From: Nemertoderma westbladi
Lineage: Eukaryota > Animalia > Xenacoelomorpha
Length of the DNA: 64,000 nucleotides
Assembly (NCBI GenBank): GCA_032718475.1
Contig: JAUCBJ010002660.1
Span: 1-64,000 of the forward strand
Direction: 5' to 3'
The stretch's first letter is position 1, and each line of letters begins with the position of its first letter. Shown piece after piece: positions 22,682 to 34,313 of the stretch. Below the pieces are notes generated by a model. It searched no databases and had not been told where the DNA came from. It saw only the letters and a program-made list of their open reading frames with translations. Position numbers and translations under genes: made by a program.

Positions 22682-25280
22682 GTCATGACCTACTTAGATA
22701 CGACCCGCCAAGCTGCTGCAAAGCCCCTAAATTTAGTGGGCCAGTTATTTCTCTTATATAGTACCCCTGAAAGCTGAAACAATAGGTCTAGCGCGTTGAA
22801 AGTACTTGTCCCTACTGTAACTAAAATTATGTCCTCTTTCAGATGAGACAAATAAAAAGTTAATAGCTCCAGTAGTATTAGAGATATGAGGAGTTCCTGG
22901 CACCCATACCATTTCGGAACCTTTCGGAATTGATAAAATTACACAAAATACATCACCCTACAAAGACTTTGGTATAACCATGAAACCATACTATTCTTTT
23001 TTGGTTTGTTGAATTCATTATTAGTAATTAATACGTAAGTATTAGTAAGATTAGAAGCAAAATTTTTTCATTTTTTTATCAATATATACTAAAAGAGCAC
23101 CAAAATTGTAAGTAGCACTTCTTTCAAACGTGGTAAATTGGCCATACAGTTTGGCTACTGAGGTTTTAGAATGTGCTGATTTCATTGGGAAGGTTTATTC
23201 CTCTACATCAAACATATCGAAGAGTTGTGTAATATAACAACATAGGCATGTTGTTATATTAGTTATTAGTCAGCTATTTGTGCCCCTGGAGCGCGAAAAA
23301 ACAAGTAGTGGAAATATGATAATGAAAAGTCACCACAAAATCAAATTGATTTTATGACCATATAGGTTCTTTGGGATGCTGATCACGAATATGACACTGA
23401 AAAATATCGTACCTTGTTGATTACGGCTTTTTTTTAGATACTTGCCAATGTAAGGCACGAAAAATCCCACCAGACAAACACGAAAAACGATAGTTGCATT
23501 ACCACGAATTATTTTTAACGCGTTGTATCGTGATTAGCGACCTTGAAAACCAGTTTAGTTTCAGAATTACCAAACCAAAGGCAAAATTTAACAGTTTCAA
23601 ATTTTTGCTACTTGTACTTTTCGTTTTGGAGCACCAAAATGGCACCAAAATTGGGTTTGCACATACCAGAAATATTTATAACTACTTTCATCGCGATCAG
23701 CTACCTCGAAAACCCGTAATATGAATCTCTTGTTGCATATCAAACACATAAACACCCAGTAGAAGAATAGAGTAAAATAAAGTATCACTTCCTCAAATCA
23801 TTAAACGACACTATATTCCAGGATAGTTAATTTATAATAATTCCCTTAAATAATATCAGTTCCTCATTAGATTGAAGTCGTATATTATTAATTTATCTCA
23901 GCATATCTATTATGTATCAATTACCTTTGTCTATTAAATCCAAGACAGTAAGAACGAACACTGTTAAGGTGGCCCCGCATATTGTCTTATTTGAGATCCT
24001 CCGAAAGGGCCAATATGTCTTCGGGTATTCAGATAGGAGTCCCGGTGGTTTAGGCAGAAGAATACACCTAGCATGATGATTCTTAAAAGAATAACCGTAC
24101 CCTCCAACCCCAAGTCAAGCAGTAGCTTCATCTCTAGATCAAATAAAGAACTAATTTTACTCTCCTTCATGAATTTCGATATACGATGGACGGTATATTC
24201 TTTTTACTGGCGGTCTCCGAGGAATTTGAGGCATTTATAGCACAATGAAGTCGGAACCTACTCCGGCATTACGGGTTTACTGAATATATCGCCCGTCGAA
24301 ATGTACAAATGTTAGTGGTAGGCCCTGGCTGCCTGGTGTCATCTGATCTATAAAAAAAGCCCTGACTAGTCGAACTAAGTGCCACTGTAGACCGAGCGAG
24401 CGAGCGTCATCCATCTGTCTATACACACAGCACTTTCCAACTATAACTGCTACGGCCTCCCCTCCATACAGATTCAGATACTATGTCCAGATTAGATTAG
24501 GCCCCCGTGCCCGTGGCTACCAGCCCGTGTAGAGAGAGGTGATAATAAATGGTCAAATAAATACAGGTAATCAGGTAATGTAATAATGATAAGGCATTGA
24601 TGCCTAACACAGTAACAGCATAATGCAGTCAGCACTATCAGCAGTAATGTAATGCCTAATGCAGTAGTGCAGTGCAATGCAAATACCACATACTGAATAA
24701 TTCACTACATTACCGCACCAGTACCAGAGTACTGCAGTACTGAATTAGAAGTGCACTGGCTGGCACTTAGAATTTTCGACTGAAACATTGGCCATTTTTC
24801 TAAATACCACAATTTTATAAACCTTGCCAATGAAATCAGCACATTCTAAAACCTCAGTAGCCAAACTATAAGGCCAAATTACCACATTTGGCTATTTGAA
24901 AATTTCTAGCTACTTGTAATTTTGGTGCTCTTTTAGTGTCTATTATAAAATAAACAATGAAGATTTTATTCTAATTTCGCTTTCGATTACTAATAATTAA
25001 TTCGACTAACCAAAAAAAGCATAATATGGTTTAATGGTGATACCAAAGTCTTCAAGGGTAATGCTTGTATTTTGAGTAATTTGATCAATTCCGAAAACTA
25101 CTGGAGCTATTACATTTTTATTTGTCTCGTATGAAAGAGGACATAATTTTAGTTAGGGACACCTACAATCGACGCGCTAGACGTATTGTTTCAGGGGTTG
25201 TATCTAAGATAAATAACTGGCCCACTAAATTTTGGGGCTTTGCAGCAGCTTGGCGGGTCGTATCTATAGTAGGTCATGAC
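22682..25280. mobile_element. Non-autonomous DNA element with ~500-bp diverged inverted arms (22682-23190 / ~24830-25280) and a composite interior
   Basis: gtcatgacctacttagatacgacccgccaagctgctgcaaagcccc...gggccagttattt is mirrored at 25211-25280; tttggctactgaggttttagaatgtgctgatttcattgg (23150-23188) is mirrored at 24826-24866. TSD not identified. Confidence 0.75.
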
Positions 25281-26828
25281 GCATCGTATGCCGATGTAGT
25301 AATATGGGTATTGAAATAATAATACATTAATGTACGCTCTTAAAGCTGCAGCGAAAAAATGTAGCTAATTTCCTAGGTGGGATAAATATTTCTCCATTTG
25401 ACGCAACACCACCGCGGCCGCTATGAGGGAGGTGAATACCGCGGCCGCTCCTAAAGCCGCAGGCCATCGCTAACTATATAGGTTAACTTGGGATTCTGGG
25501 GGACTTTTCGATGAAGGAACTGACCAATTTTTTTATTTTCGCACCAGGGGTGCGGCTCGGAATTCTAAGATATTAGCAACTCTAACATTAACAAATCTAT
25601 CCCCTCGACAGACACGGCGGACAAAAAACCGTCATTTTTTCGACTTTTTTAAAATTTTTTTGAAAGGCGCTCTACAGTGGCTCGAAAAAACCCTAGGTTA
25701 TTGCTTAGCCGACGCCGGGATACGATAGAAGGGATTAATTGGTGAATTCGTTTTTTTTTTCAAAAAAGATTACCACGCCTTTTTCCCGAAATTGTCCGTC
25801 AAAGTTGAAAAAACGGACAAAATGACTTTGCAGGATCCGCTATAACTCGGCTAATATTAATCGTACGGGGACGAAAGTAACGCCGTTGTAAAGGGGAAGA
25901 GTGCTACTACCTTCGTATCGAATGGGGGTAAGATATTTATTAAAATTTCGGGTGGAAAAAGGGGCCGTAAATTTGTACGTTTTTGTCCGTCTTTTTTGGA
26001 ACACTTATTTCCGAAATGTTTAATTCGACAACCCGGGTAGGAATCCACTAATTCTTTTATGAAACTCGTAGAAGACCATTGGGGCTACGTTCCTATCGAA
26101 TGGGGGTACAAAAAATATGTCGGCAATAGGGGCCAAAAAGGGCCCGAATTTGTAAAGTAGTTTTTATCGAATATTTTTTTATTTTTAACTTTAGTTGGTT
26201 AAGGTACATTCTATGCGGTCAATATCGATACGGGGAATTCAAATATGCTATCGGTTTTGCTCCAAGGATGATATTAAAGAAATGAGGGCCAAAATTATAA
26301 TTTCGCGCTTCAAACTTGCTTCGCGGGAAATCGTCTAGCTCGAAAACTACTTAACTTACGGGAGATTTGTTTACACAGACTTATATTGCGTTAAATTATC
26401 TATCTAACAGCGTTAATTACAGCGCCGGAGGTATTATAAAACTGGAGCGGCAGACGATCGTGTGAAATATAATATTTATAAAAAGGGACGAAAAAAATTT
26501 TTTTTTTAACAAATCGCTACTCCATTATAATTTAGCGTATAGCGCCAAAAATACCTGTAAAAAGTGTCAAATTAACTCCGCTATCTTTTATCTTAACATA
26601 TATAATTAAAATTACGAATTTTAAGGGTCGAAAAATATCGCGTTATTTTGGCCCTTTTTTTAATTTTTTTGGGGCCAAAAATATCCCCTTCTCAAAAGAT
26701 TAAGAAAAAAATTACGGCAAAGAATATACCAATTTTATTGAATTTGGACCACCAGAACCGAAGTTAGAGCGATTTTAGTGAAAAAATAAAAGTAATTTTT
26801 TTGCAAAAAATTAAGAATGGTCAATATT

Positions 26829-26888
26829 GGATTTCGAACCCGCGAACTTAGGTTTCATTAACGTTATTGATAACCACTAGACTATGTG
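26829..26888 (-). promoter_or_regulatory. tRNA-like Pol III A/B box remnant (tRNA pseudogene or SINE head)
   Basis: The minus strand reads TAGTCTAGTGG (A box) ... GCGGGTTCGAAATCC (B box) at tRNA-like spacing; no complete cloverleaf. Confidence 0.4.
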
Positions 26889-27206
26889 ATCAAGTGAATT
26901 TGAAATTTTCGAGTGACTATTTTAAAACATCAATAACTTCGGTTCTACTGGGCCGTTTGATCTGAAACTTTTTTCATTGGATAGAGGATAGATTGTAGTG
27001 TGTGAAATAGGATAAAACTTGGGAAAAGACTTATGTGCACTTTGTGCAAAATGCACTTAAATAGTGAACATTTTTTCGATATTTCAAACACTATTATTTC
27101 CAGTTCTATTCATCGTAGAATGTTATTTTTTGGATTAAAATATAGTTTGGAATGATTTCTAACTATAATCGTAACATTTTATATCTTTATATTATATCTG
27201 TATATA

Positions 27207-27800
27207 GATTAACTCTGCCATTAAAAAATTCTTCAATCGTATTAGTGAACCACGATCACCCCCTATAACTACAGTACCCAAACGGAGTGTTTTGATCTGC
27301 CTTCCTTTTACCGGCCACCACGGCGCGCTTGTAAAGAAACGTCTGTTACGCCTTTTCCGACAGAGTCTTTCTCACTTGGATTTAAAAGTTGTCTTCCAAA
27401 CCAGCTGTAGGCTATCCTCCCTTTTCCCGTACAAGGATCAGATTCCTGAACACATACGGTCGGGTGTTGTGTACCATTATAATTGTGGAAGCTGCGATGC
27501 TTCTTACGTTGGACGCACTGTACGCCACCTGGCTAAACGTGTTGAGGAACACACTGGCTTTTTGTACAACTCCGGAAAATTCTCCCGTCCAAAAAATTCT
27601 TCTATCTTTGAACACTCCTCCACCGCCGATCATCCCACGTTAAAAGAAAATTTCAGCATCTTATCAACATCCCGTAACTTGCGCGAACTTCTCATTAAAG
27701 AGACTTTATTCATTAGGAAACTTCGCCCCAGTCTAAATGACCAAACCACTTCCACTTTCCTTTCCCTACTGTAGTTCCTTGATATACTATATCAAGAATA
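27207..27800 (+). mobile_element. 5'-truncated Penelope-like element, GIY-YIG endonuclease region (ORF 27292-27774)
   Basis: LPFTG...KDQIP...SGVVYHYNCGSCDASYVGRTVRHLAKRVEEH...SSIFEH...FSIL...LLIKETLFIRKLRPSLN is the typical PLE C-terminus. Confidence 0.9.
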
Positions 27801-29578
27801 TGTATTATATCTTTATATCTATTTATTTATATTTTTATGTCTATAAAGTGACTTAAAATGTCCATGAATATGGTCCAAAATCGCAAATATCGAGATTTAT
27901 TAAATTGGATTTTTGACACTTTTAGCGACTGACACTTGATCATATACAATCGTAGATCGGTAGAGGATAAACATAAGTTTGTTAAATAAGAGCCACCATT
28001 ACGATCTGCTAAAGTGCACTTGTACAAATAAGTGTGCAAAAGTGCAAATTTTTAAATAAGGTCAAATTATATAGTATTGGGTTCTTTTCTTTGCAGATAC
28101 TTTATTTTCATATTAATATGTTGTTTAGACCTTACTGAGCGCATTAGGGGATATGCGTACAAATAACCGGCCCTTATGAGGCTTCGATTGGGTAAATTAA
28201 TAAAACATAAGGTTGTATAGTATAATATTCTAAAAACCAGTGTGATATGCACTTTAAATAATAAATAGAGATCAAATAACAAATGGACCACACAATTAAA
28301 AACTCGCACAATTTTGTACTTATTATATCGCTTCAAATTAATTCAACAGTGGATATTTGTGGGAAGGGGGAAGTTACAGTGTGCATTCGGGGGAAGTTTG
28401 GTGAACTGCATTTATGCAGTGAATCCAAACTTCCCCCTTTGATATATCATATACTTAAGACATGCTAGGGTGACGGGGAAATATTTGTTACTGTCACACT
28501 TTGCTTCCATTTATCCTATCCTTTATTATTACCCCAGTCAGATAAGAGATAATAAATCAGTAAAAACCAAACTAAACTGTCTTTCATGCAAACAAATTTC
28601 TAACTAAAGACGGGTGAATGACCATGACCATGGAAATAATTTTAAATATAATCGTATATCAACTATTTGGGGAGGCTTCCAAACCCGAAAACAACTATTT
28701 CGTTACATATAATATAGTAAATAACGTTGTATGTTCTTCTTCCTCTCATAATAAAATATAAATGAAATATCTCAGATCGCTATGCCCTGTAACATTTCAC
28801 AACCAAAACATTTAAGTGTGAAAAGTGTAGGCCTACCACACACCGCCCAAACAACCGCAAACGCATAGCCAACAAATTTAACAAAAGGTTACATACATGT
28901 TGGGTTCATGACGAGATGAGTGAAAATTGATCGCGTAATATAAAGTAAAAAATTAAGAGACGGGCTGGCTCTCCTCCACTTTCTTACCCAATGGATATGT
29001 TGTTGTAATAATCTAATATTGGGGCGGCTTTCTCTCGGATACATAAAAAATAATAATATTATTTTTAAGAACATTAATTTTACTACTTTGCAAAAATTCA
29101 ATTAAAAAATAACCAGACAAATATATTGCGGAATAAACTATTTGAGATATAAGCCTACAACAGCCATGCCCGGATAGTATTTATGTTATTATATCTGTCA
29201 TTTACCTGAGATAGCAATACATGCAGCGTATATGGTGGGAGTTAAAGAATGCTGTCTGGGCTGCATTATCAATACTGATGCCTATTACAAGCTATTTTAT
29301 CATGTTTATACTAGAAATTAGGTCAGGTCAGGTATTCTAGGGCATTGATCAAGAAAACTTTCCACCTCCATGCAGCATAAAGGAGGTGCCACCTGTAGTT
29401 GCATAGACCCTCTTCTCTTACTAGGGCAAATCTGGTCCTGTAACTAGGACCCCCTTCGTTCTGGGATAAGGACGCCCTTGGTCCTGGATAAAGGACCCAT
29501 ATACTTGGCTGCAGGGGTATATAGCCTGGCCAGGCAGATGGTGATCTACCAATGGCTGGTCAGGAGTAGAGTGTTCTC

Positions 29579-30566
29579 ATGTCCACTCTGAGGACACTTC
29601 ACTGCGACCTGCACAGACTATGTCCATCAGACTATGTTCTACGCATGTCCTTAGATCATCATAATGATGATGGGGTGATGATAACTCCACCTACTGGCTC
29701 CAGAAGTCGAGGAAATCCTGCCAAGTACCTAACTGATCTAGACTTTGCTGATGACTTAGGAGTACACTCAGAATCATTAGAGGGAGCCCAACGGCTCCTC
29801 AGCTCATTAGAACATGCTGCTTCTAGTGTTGGTCTTTTTATTAACTCCAGAAAGACCAAAATTTTGACAGTTAACTTTGAAAGTCCTCAGCAAGTCTCTG
29901 ATCGGATGAGCATAAGCTCAAAGGATGGTATGCTTGAGCATGTTGACGACTTCTGTTACCTGGGATCATGGATCCGGAAGTCAGGTGAGGACCTTCGAAT
30001 ATGTAAGGGAAAGGCATGGACAACCTTGAATAGGCTTTCCAGGATTTGGAAGTCACCGAGAATTAATCGGAAACTTAAGGTCCGATTATTTAGAGCAGCA
30101 GTAGTTCCAGTACTCCTCTATGGGAGTCCATGCTGGGCTCTAACTGCTGAGGACACCAAATCTCTGGATGGCACATTCACAAGAATGCTACGCCGGGTTC
30201 ATTGTGTCAAGTACAATGCACACCTCTCCAACCAGACACTATATAACATTGGAGGTGTCTCATTGGTTCCCCCAAGCTTGACACTAGAACAAAATCGCCT
30301 CCGCTTTGCAGGACATTGCTTTTGCCGTGAGGACCAGCCAGTGCATAATTTTGTACTTTGGCAGCCTCATGGAGTGAATAAGCATTGTGGACAGCCCATG
30401 ACTTTCTTGAGACGCATCTTAAAGGACACTGGCCTTGAAGATGCGGATGATCTAGCAAATGTCATGGGTGATAGGGAGTTGTGGCGGTGCAATTTTGTTG
30501 ACAAGCCGGCACAGCATTCTTAAAAATGCAGCTGCAATGCAGCATGCCGATCCTAGTAGTAGTAGT
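29579..30566 (+). mobile_element. RTE-clade LINE, truncated: RT C-terminal half (ORF 29579-30523) plus 3' UTR with (AGT)n tail
   Basis: LTDLDFADDL...GLFINSRKTK...VDDFCYLGSWI...KAW..LSRIWKS...LLYGS..W.LT....LDGTFTRMLR...RLRFAGHC; the tail is tagtagtagtagt. Confidence 0.9.
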
Positions 30567-32644
30567 GGTGATGGGGTTATTGTAGCTCGGATTTATAAGG
30601 TACGTTCTATTTAGAGTCTTCAAGTCAGGAGTAAGGGTAACATAAAGGTTAATTTTATGGTCTCAAGGTCTCTTCTGAGATTTACTGTTTATGTTAATTA
30701 ATGGGATATGTTGTTCACTATAAGATAAACAATTCACCAGGTTTAATTATGATTGATCTGACAGGTCATAAACATGTCTAATTATATCATAATATACTAG
30801 ACTGAAAATCAACAAATAGATTAGAAAGACTTAATTGGTTTTACATCCTGCAAAATAAATAATAAGTAACATAACCTAAATAAAATATAAGATATCGGTG
30901 ATGCATAACTCACAGTTTATCTGCCGTCCTTGTATGCCTCGTGTAATCGGTGTGAGTGTGGGTCAATAGTCATCCGTGCGTACAACAGTGGTGGTCAACG
31001 TATGCGCGTCCTCTGACCCAAGACCATAATGACCATACCCGGGCCAGGAAGGTGGTGTGTACTCGCGTACCGCCGGCACCCCCACCATGCACGTATACTG
31101 AGCGGCCCCGAGGCTGACCTCTCAGTATTCGGTTCGGATTATACGAATTCTGTCGCCGCCGCCGTAACGAGCATATATCACACAGACTCCAAGAAACATA
31201 TGGGATTGGAAGATGCAAACCAAGAATGACTTGCATCAACCAAACAAACTGTTTCCCGTCTAATGTGATAGACACTCGACACTACTCGTATAAGCAGACA
31301 AATCACAATCACAAATTGTGCGATGTGTGAAATGTTATCCCGATCCGCAACCTGGGAAACGGCCCCAAAGAGCAGTTTACTCTGCTAAGGGAGTCCTTAC
31401 TAACGGTCTTTTAATAATTATTGTAGGCCTAGTGTTTCAATTTCAAGCTTGACGGATTTAAGTGTTGTCAATTTTATTATATTATTCAAAAATATTAACA
31501 CTTCTAGTACTGTATATGTTAAAACTAATTCAGATCTACTGTACTGAACTGAGTGTGTGGCTGATCAACTATGTTCTACAGTACAGTACAGTACTAAAAG
31601 TGTAGCAGCCGAAAGGCAAGGCCAATAAGACAAAATTCATTTCCATTGACCACTTAATTAGACATTCCTTGTTATGTAGTTATATAGCTGCAATATTATA
31701 CCACATTTTATGCATTACTACAGTAGTACTACTTACTGTAGGCCTACAGTTGTACACTACTCCGTATTATTAGAATTTAGTTCCAGATGTGTCGGAGTTA
31801 GTAATTATACTCGAAATAATGCAGGAATGGCCTCGGATAGATTTAATACTATCGATAACGAACCAATAAACATACAGTTACTGTACTACAGTACATTACA
31901 TAGTAATAGTAATTAGTAAGCCTTCCAATATTAAATTGACTTCCACTTTTGCAAAGTTGTCCATATGTTGTTCATAGCGTATATTTAATAATTATTTTTG
32001 ATAATGCACTGGACTGAATACTGCATATACACGTCAAGTGACCCTACATTATTGTGGTCTATTTTTATATTTTGTAACTGTGCTAAATAAACTACTGTAT
32101 AGATAAAGTAAAGGCAAAGTACTGTGGGGCGAGCCGCGAATGTAAGCGAGCTTACAGTAGCATACTGTAGCTGTCGCGTCCAATTTTAAAAGTTAATAAC
32201 TTGGCCAATCCTCGATGAAATCTAACCAAACTTGGTACACCATGTAGTCTGGCGAAAGTTTAGAAATTTTCCAAGTTGATTTTCGTGTGGGGTGTGGCCT
32301 TCGAGAAAGTAAGATAAAAGCAGTTAATTAGTTAATTAAGTTGATTACTGTAAAAGAACATAATTTTTCTGCTTGCCCTTTAATGGAAATTAGTTATTTC
32401 TAGTATCCATTATAGTTTTTAATTAGTTCAAGTGATTTACCGGTACTTTAAGAATTGTGTTTTTAATTGTTCTAAACGTAATTATGAGTTATTAAAATGC
32501 CCCGTCTCTCCACCCTATATGCTTCCAGCTCCCCCATTCCATTGCGTGCTTGCTATTGCCTAGCTGTGAAGTGAACCAGTCCAACCAGTCCCACCTCACC
32601 ACTACTCAAGCAATAAAGGGCTTTAGTACATCTATATGACAGGC

Positions 32645-33232
32645 TACTACTACGATCGGCATGCTGCATTGCAGCTGCATTATATATATATTAATAACAA
32701 TATTCGCAAAATTGCACCGCCACAACTCCCTATCACCCATGACATTTGCTAGATCATCCGCATCTTCAAGGCCAGTGTCCTTTAAGATGCGTCTCATGAA
32801 AGTCATGGGCTGTCCACCATGCTTATTCGCTCCATGAGGCTGCCAAAGTACACGATTATGCACTGGCTGGTCCTCACGGCGAAAGCAATGTCCTGCAAAG
32901 CGGAGGCAGTTCCGTTCAAGGTACCGTCCGGGGGTGGGGGGGGGGGGGGGGGGGGGACCAGCCCTCATCGGCATGGATATATTTAATATGGTGTGGCACA
33001 GTGGCATACACAAAACTGTAACACTGTGCCTAGGTAGGACTAATTCAAAAAGTGGGAGACCCTAATGGAAAACCTCCAATGTTGTATAATGTCCATTGTA
33101 CTTGACACAATGGACCCGGCGCATCATTTTTGTGAAAGTGCATCCAGAGATTTGGTATCCTCTTCAGTTAGAGCCCAGCATGAACTCACATATAAGAATA
33201 CTAGTACTACTTCTGCCATAAATAATCAAACC
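32645..33232 (-). mobile_element. Second, decayed copy of the same RTE family, 3' part (interrupted by a ~130-bp insert at ~32922-33055)
   Basis: The reverse complement matches 30078-30563, e.g. catgctgggctctaactg..gaggataccaaatctctggatg and RFAGHCFRREDQPVHN..LWQP. Confidence 0.85.
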
Positions 33233-34235
33233 AACCGTATTGCGGTGCAGGCCTACCGTACTATTCGACTGATCGTAATATATAATCTCTGACAAATATT
33301 ATTCACTTTCGGGAAATATTAACAGTTCCTTTAGGACGCTCTAAATATGTAAACAGAGTTATGACTTAAACTAGACACAATGGGATGGCTATAGATTCAC
33401 GTATATGGCGCATTCTTTAGGAGATGCTTTGTTATCAGTCACAATCATACACAATACTGCACAATGCTGCACACCGATCTGCCGACCTTCACTAATTTTA
33501 GTCACATATAAAGAGAACAACAACCAATACATGTAGTGCCTATGAAATAGAATTAGATTCACTTCAGAACCACTTTAATGTAAGTCGCAATCGTTATATG
33601 TAACCGGTCTCTCTTACCTTCAGTATATCAAGAAGATTGAGGGTTTTGTAATTATTTATCGGTATTCCAAATATAATAATATTCCATCAACTGATATAAT
33701 GAATAACCGACAGTAAATAGCAGTACAAAGGTTAAGGTATGAATGGTTATGATATGTTATGATTAGATATGTGAGTAATGATAACAGATATACGTTCTAT
33801 AATTAAGCCTACTAATGTTGGGCTAAAGACTGAAAAACACAGAGATTCCAAAGCCGGTCTTCTAGGCTCAGGAAAAAAGGTAAACATTGACCCATAATGC
33901 ATTGCGCGATTTCCCGGAGGTTTCTGTACAAAAAGCAGGAGAATCGCTCTGATTGGTTGACCGAACAAAGAAACAACAGAGAACAAGGAAAAAGCTACAC
34001 GTGTACAGATCAGCTGTTAGCTGTCGTCATAGTAACTACACTGTTTCAAGAGGATTTAGCGTATTGCGACATAGAATTGCTAGTTATGTCCGCTAAAGTA
34101 CACATACAGAAGAAATGGTTTTTTATGTCCACTAAAACACCAGTACAGTAAGGATACGGCCTTTTATGCCTGTTAAACCAACTACAGAGTACTTTACGGG
34201 GAAAATAACCGGCTAATTCCGCAAAAGCTTTTACA
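33233..34235 (-). repeat. Truncated LTR (third copy in the window)
   Basis: Matches 38153-39150 and 50430-51427, with a locally diverged patch at ~33728-33780. Confidence 0.9.
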
Positions 34236-34313
34236 CCGCTCCCAGAAAATGGGATTTAAGTCAACAAAATATAAAAAATCACAGTTTCTAAAATATAAAA
34301 ATACTCTAAACAG

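Noticed and set aside
29323-29578. Possible HDV-like ribozyme upstream of the RTE ORF
   Set aside because: Several short stems are present, but I could not assemble the nested double pseudoknot by eye; it needs a covariance-model search.
30930-31275. GC-richer patch with short ORFs
   Set aside because: No recognisable motifs, splice structure or repeat ends; no call can be supported.
32117-32300. Possible Helentron-associated (HINE-like) element start
   Set aside because: Only a loose resemblance; no matching terminus or 3' hairpin was found.
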